Assembly (NCBI GenBank): GCA_963840855.1
Contig: CAWJBB010000049.1
Coordinates: 1 to 64,000, forward strand
Reading direction: 5' to 3'
Length of the DNA: 64,000 nucleotides
Origin: an uncultured delta proteobacterium
GTDB taxonomy: Bacteria; Desulfobacterota; Binatia; UBA9968
Below the pieces are notes generated by a model that worked only from the letters and a program-made list of their open reading frames with translations, searched no databases and was not told the origin of the DNA. Below are positions 59,090-64,000 of the stretch, one piece after another (the stretch's first letter is position 1; every line of letters begins with the position of its first letter). The translations under genes were made by a program, and so were the position numbers.

Positions 59090-61474
59090 TTACTTGATCG
59101 CTTCGGCTTTCTTTAACTCCTCGATCCTCTCCGGGCTCAAGCGCAAAATCTCACCGAAAACGTAATCGTTATGAGCGCCAATCCAGGGTGCCGGGCGAGC
59201 CGCATTGGCGGCCGAGACGGATGGGATGCCCGGCAGGCCGTGATGCGTGATTTTGCCCCAGGGTTGGGCTTCAGTCTCGACGATATGGCCGCGGGCGCGC
59301 AGGTGGATGTCATGGAAGAGATCCTCCCCTGATGACGGTATGCCGGCGGCGATACCGGCTTCCTGGAGCAAGCGGAAGGCTTGCCGCGCCGTGCACCTGC
59401 GCGTCCATTCCGAGAGCTTGCTGTCCAATTCGTCACGATGTTCTTGGCGGCCGCTTTTGGCGGCGAACCTCACATCGGCGGCCCAAGACGATGCGCCAAT
59501 GACGCGCACCATGTTTTGCCATTCTGCATCGCTGGCGCAGGCAATAATGATCCAGTTGTCGTCGCCGCGGCAGGGATAACAGCCGTAGGGGATATAGATT
59601 TCGCCGAGGATCTCTCGATAACCCATGGCGTCCCATTCATTGCCGTTGACGGTATAGTCGAGAATCGCCGGCCCCATCATGGAGCCCTGCGCTTCGAGCA
59701 TGCCCGCTTCGATGAATTGACCCTTGCCCGTGCGTTGCTTGTGTTCGAGGGCGGCAAGCACGCCCACCGCCATTGTAATCGCGCCCACACGGTCGGGCCA
59801 GGCGATCTTGCAGCGGGTCTCCATGGGTGAATCCGGATAGCCCCAGAGCCGCATAATGCCGGTGTAGGCGAGTAACTGCCAACCCCAGGCCACCCACGAC
59901 TTGAGCGGACCGGTGAGTCCCCAGCCGGGCATCACGGCTTGAACGATGCCGGGATTGATCTCCCGCAACGCGTCGAAGCTAAAACCCAAGCGCTCGAGCA
60001 CGCCGGAGCTGAAATTGTCCACCACTACGTCGGATGTTGCGACCAACCGTTTAAAAAGTTCCTTGCCTTCGGGATGGCGCAGATTTATGGTCCCGCCGAG
60101 CTTGGCGCGGTTCATACAGGCATGCACCGCCGCTTCCCGCTCCTTGCTCGGGATCGTGCCGGTCTCGATCTTAACAACCTCCATGCCGTAGTACGCCAGT
60201 ATCTCGGTGCCCAGGGGCCCGGCGTATTGCTGCGTGAGATCAGCCATGCGCAAGCCGTCGAGCATGGGACGGCGCACCCGCTCAGTAGCGAAATTCGATG
60301 AATCAGCGCGAGCTGGAAGACGTTCGAGCTCGGCGAGAATTTCCTGCCGGTGTTGATTCAAAAGCGGCGCGGGCCGGCGTACGCGCATCGGGGTCAAAGA
60401 AAACCGCAGGGGAAATCCCGGCGCGGTGTATCGTCCGATGACCGGATGCTCGATTTCTTGCATCCACTGGCGCGCGCGATTCTGTTCGCAGTTGACGAAC
60501 TGGCCGACGGTGTTGAGCGGCGCCGCGGCGAGATGGCGCGCCTGCGCTTCGTTGGCGAATTCGTCGGCGCCGAACTGGCCGATAAAATCGGCAAAGGCTT
60601 TAGCAACTTCGTCGGCGTGGGCATCTCGATAGCGCGGATTTTCCCACTCGGGCCCCGCCAGCGATTTGTCCGTCATCCAGTTCTGCGCGAACTCGCGCCA
60701 CATATGCGGCATGTTCGTCGTGAAATGAACGTAGCGCCCGTCTTTGCAACGGTAGATGTTCGTCCCGGCGCCGCCGTAGGTTTTGCCGCCGGGCCGCCGC
60801 TCCAAGCGATTCTCCCGGCTGTAGCGGGCGATGGAACCGCTATTGGTAAAGGTGAGCGCCTCTTGGAGCGACATATCGATGCGCTGCCCCGCGCCGGTCG
60901 CCCGCGCGTGGCGCGCCCCGGCAAGGGCCAACGCCGCTGCCATGGCGCCCGCCACTTGATAGGCGAGGTGGCTCGGCGCGGTGCATTGGCCTTTTTTATC
61001 GTCGCCCTGGCCGTAGAGAAACCCGCCCGTCGCGTTGGCGATAGCATCGCTGCCTTTGTAGCTACGATATGGGCCAGTGCGCCCAAAGGGAGTCAGCGAG
61101 ACGATGACCAACTGGGGAAAGCTCTCCTTGAATCGCTGATCCGTAAAGTCAAATCTCTCGAGATCACCCAGTGCGGTTGCTTCGACCAAGAGGTCCGCCG
61201 ATGCGAGTAGTTTAGCAAAGATCTGGCGGTCAGAGCTGTCTTCAAGATCGAGAACGATGCTCCGCTTATTGGTGTTGGCGTGGATAAAGGCGAGACTGCG
61301 TTCGGGATGCTCGATATTTCCCGCGAAGGGCGGTAAGAGGCGGTTGGAATCACCGCCCGGCGGCTCGACCTTGATCACATCGGCGCCGAGATCGGCGAGC
61401 CAGCGAGTCGCGTAGGACGCGGGAATATCACCCATCTCGATGACTCGGAGATGGCTGAGCGCCGAATCTTGCAT
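59090..61474 (-). CDS. Tandem class III (CaiB/BaiF) CoA-transferase
   Basis: LADLGADVIKVE/NTNKRS and LAYYGMEVVKIE/NRAKLG; DNFSSGVLERLG; APLLNQH and APWIGAH ends. Confidence 0.92.
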   Translation of the reverse strand: MQDSALSHLRVIEMGDIPASYATRWLADLGADVIKVEPPGGDSNRLLPPFAGNIEHPERSLAFIHANTNKRSIVLDLEDSSDRQIFAKLLASADLLVEATALGDLERFDFTDQRFKESFPQLVIVSLTPFGRTGPYRSYKGSDAIANATGGFLYGQGDDKKGQCTAPSHLAYQVAGAMAAALALAGARHARATGAGQRIDMSLQEALTFTNSGSIARYSRENRLERRPGGKTYGGAGTNIYRCKDGRYVHFTTNMPHMWREFAQNWMTDKSLAGPEWENPRYRDAHADEVAKAFADFIGQFGADEFANEAQARHLAAAPLNTVGQFVNCEQNRARQWMQEIEHPVIGRYTAPGFPLRFSLTPMRVRRPAPLLNQHRQEILAELERLPARADSSNFATERVRRPMLDGLRMADLTQQYAGPLGTEILAYYGMEVVKIETGTIPSKEREAAVHACMNRAKLGGTINLRHPEGKELFKRLVATSDVVVDNFSSGVLERLGFSFDALREINPGIVQAVMPGWGLTGPLKSWVAWGWQLLAYTGIMRLWGYPDSPMETRCKIAWPDRVGAITMAVGVLAALEHKQRTGKGQFIEAGMLEAQGSMMGPAILDYTVNGNEWDAMGYREILGEIYIPYGCYPCRGDDNWIIIACASDAEWQNMVRVIGASSWAADVRFAAKSGRQEHRDELDSKLSEWTRRCTARQAFRLLQEAGIAAGIPSSGEDLFHDIHLRARGHIVETEAQPWGKITHHGLPGIPSVSAANAARPAPWIGAHNDYVFGEILRLSPERIEELKKAEAIK

Positions 61475-61554
61475 ACCGTTTTCGTCTTCTGACAAGCGAT
61501 CTCTCCTAGAGAGGACTGATGAAACCATCAGAGGCTCTTAACCACCTCTCTGTT

Positions 61555-62560
61555 TTACTTATTCAGATCGACGACCACCCTCCCGCGAATTCCGCCTTTC
61601 AGTATTTGATCGAATTTCGAGTCCAGTTCTTCCAATGAACATTCCGAGACCAACTCGCCGCCGAGATCGAGCCGCCATTCACCGGCCAGCTTTTGCCAGG
61701 CCATGTTACGCGCTCGCATCGGCACTTCCACCGAATCCACGCCGAGCAGGCTCACGCCGCGCAGAATAAACGGAAACACATTGACGTTGAGATCGACGGA
61801 CATGGCGTTGCCGCAGGCGGCGACCAGCCCGCCGTATTTCGCCGTCTTAAGGGCGGTGGCAAGGATACTACCGCCGACGGTATCGACCACGCCGGCCCAG
61901 CGCGCTTTTTGCAATGGCCGGCCCGAAGTATCGTTGGCTTCTTCTCGCGAGATGATTCCCTTCGCGCCGAGCCCCTTGAGAAACGCTTCTTCGCTGGTCT
62001 TGCCGGTGGCGGCAACGACCTCGAAACCGAGCTTGGCGAGAATGCCCACGGCGACGCTGCCGACCCCGCCGGTTGCTCCGGTCACGAGAACTTCTCCTTG
62101 GTCTTTGTTGAGTCCACCGGCCCCAAGCCGCAGGACGCACAACGCCGCGGTCAGCCCAGCCGTCCCATAGGCCATGCTATCCCGCAGCGACAAACCTTGC
62201 GGCGGCTTCACGGCCCAAGCCGCCGGAATACTGATATACTGGCCGAACCCGCCGGCGGTGTTCATGCCCAGATCGAATCCGGTCACGATCACCGGCTCGC
62301 CGACGCTAAAAGACGTGGTCGTACTGTCGACCACGATACCTGCGGCATCGATGCCGGGTGTATGCGGATATTTTCGCGTCACTCCTTTATTGCCTGATCG
62401 CCGACAACGCGTCTTTATAATTGAGCGAAGAATACTTGACCTCGACGATCAATTCACCGGCAGGCAGCTCGCTCAACGCCCGTTGTTTGATTTCCCGGAG
62501 GAATGTTTTTTCCGCGGTCTCCGAGACCACCAGCGCTTTGTAATTTTGCGGTAATGCCAT
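61555..62560 (-). CDS. acuI: Acryloyl-CoA reductase AcuI/YhdH family; frameshift near 62395
   Basis: YSSLNYKDAL, YPHTPGIDAAG, GTAGLTA, TGATGGVGS, PFILRGVSLLGVDSV. Confidence 0.88.
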
Positions 62561-62636
62561 GCAAAAGCTCCTGTATCGTTTAATCCTCCACTTAGATAAT
62601 CCCCGGCCGAACTGCAAGGCCCACGGCAACATGGCT

Positions 62637-62698
62637 GTTCAAAAGTTCAAGGTTCAAAGTTCAAGGATTCGTTCAAAACGGTCAAGTCGTTCAAGACG
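62637..62698. repeat. GTTCAAN tandem repeats
   Basis: gttcaaaa gttcaag gttcaaa gttcaag ... gttcaaaac ggtcaagtc gttcaagac. Confidence 0.75.
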
Positions 62699-62778
62699 TG
62701 GAAGAATACTGTAAGGATGCTAGGCGACTTGCAATTCGTGGCGCGCTCGTTGCAGAGTGGAAACGGGAGGATAATATA

Positions 62779-63898
62779 ATGGCCCAAGACAAAACCGGCG
62801 GCCTCGCCGGTATTACCGCCGGCAACACCGCCATCGCTACCGTTGGCAAAGAAGGCAAAGGTCTCACCTACCGCGGCCATTCAATCTACGATCTCGCCGA
62901 GCACTCGACCTTCGAAGAGGTCGCTTATCTGCTGATCTACGGACGGCTCCCCACTGAGAGCGAACTCAATGATTATAAAGCCCGGCTCGTGGGTCTCAGA
63001 GGGCTGCCGGCGCCGCTCAAGACGGTCCTGGAGGAGATACCCGAGCGGAACTCACCCGATGGATGTCATGCGCACCGGCTGTTCAATGCTCGGCGCGTTG
63101 GAACCTGAAGATCCGGGGCGCAATCAGATCGCCATCGCCAACCGATTGACCGGCTGTTTTAGCGCCATGCTTCTGTATTGGCATCACTTCGTGACCGAGG
63201 GAAAGCGCATCAATACCGAAACCGACGACGACAGCACCGCCGGCCACTTCTTGCACTTGCTGCACCAGAAGAAGCCCGATGAGTTGCATCGCCGCGCCAT
63301 CGACGTATCGCTGATACTCTACGCCGAGCATGAATTTAATGCATCGACGTTCACCGCCCGCACCATCGCATCGACCTTGCCCGATTTCTATTCCGCGGTC
63401 ACCGGCGCCATCGGTGCGCTGCGCGGTCCGCTTCACGGCGGCGCCAACGAAGCGGCGATGGAGCTGATCGACCAATTCAAGACGCCCGACGACGCCGAGA
63501 AAGGGCTGCTCGAAATGATGGCGGCCAAGAAATTGATCATGGGATTCGGCCATAGGATTTACAAAATCTCCGATCCTCGTTCCGACGTGATCAAAGCCTG
63601 GTCGAAAAAGCTCGCCGCGGCGCGGGGCGACGAGCGGTTATTTCCGGTGTCAGAGCGCATTGAGCAGGTCATGCGCCGCGATAAAAAACTTTTCCCAAAT
63701 TTGGATTTCTATAGCGCCACCGCCTATCACTTTTGCGGCATACCCACGGTAATGTTCACGCCGCTGTTCGTCGTCTCGCGCATCACCGGCTGGGCCGCCC
63801 ATATCATTGAACAGCGCGCCGACAACCGGCTTATTCGTCCCAACGCCGACTACATTGGCCCAGAGCCGCGGCCTTTCACGCCGATTGATAGGCGCTAA
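62779..63898 (+). CDS. prpC: 2-methylcitrate synthase; frameshift near 63042
   Basis: GGLAGITAG, LTYRG, HPMDVMRTG, YAEHEFNASTF, GPLHGGANE, MGFGHR, PNLDF. Confidence 0.9.
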
Positions 63899-63900
63899 CA

Positions 63901-63921
63901 GTTCAAGGTTCAATGTTCAAT
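63901..63921. repeat. GTTCAAN tandem repeats right after the prpC stop
   Basis: gttcaag gttcaat gttcaat. Confidence 0.7.
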
Positions 63922-64000
63922 GTCTCCACCACCCCCGCCGTGAATTTGGACGTTGATACGGATCGTTGTTCGTCCGTTTCATCAAGAAGACCTGCCTATG

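Overview
GC-rich bacterial chromosome segment. Gene content and synteny suggest a Deltaproteobacteria-like lineage such as Candidatus Binatota (inference). 1-32 kb is accessory, rich in signalling and catabolic genes: a STAND-type adenylate cyclase, two two-component clusters, amidohydrolases, a UbiD decarboxylase, an orphan molybdoenzyme large subunit, a multi-GAF kinase and an Lhr helicase. 33-48 kb is a housekeeping run on the minus strand: icd-mdh-sucC-sucD-ndk-rlmN-mtnP-pfkB-GT2-ugd-uxs-epimerase-lepA-lepB. 49-56 kb is a complete ccmABCDEFG(H-I) cytochrome c maturation operon, followed by a beta-propeller/di-heme lipoprotein and a CoA-transferase-acuI/prpC cluster. At least nine genes are split by single-base indels, most likely long-read errors. 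I recognised no rRNA, tRNA, CRISPR array or transposase. Main observations: (i) several families of short palindromic or tandem-inverted repeats, two of them inserted in frame inside the Lhr gene; (ii) a secreted superoxide-reductase-like protein with no cysteine; (iii) a di-heme beta-propeller lipoprotein; (iv) a possible acrylate-to-propionyl-CoA-to-methylcitrate module; (v) a terminator-like hairpin in the icd leader. All calls come from reading motifs by eye; no searches were run.
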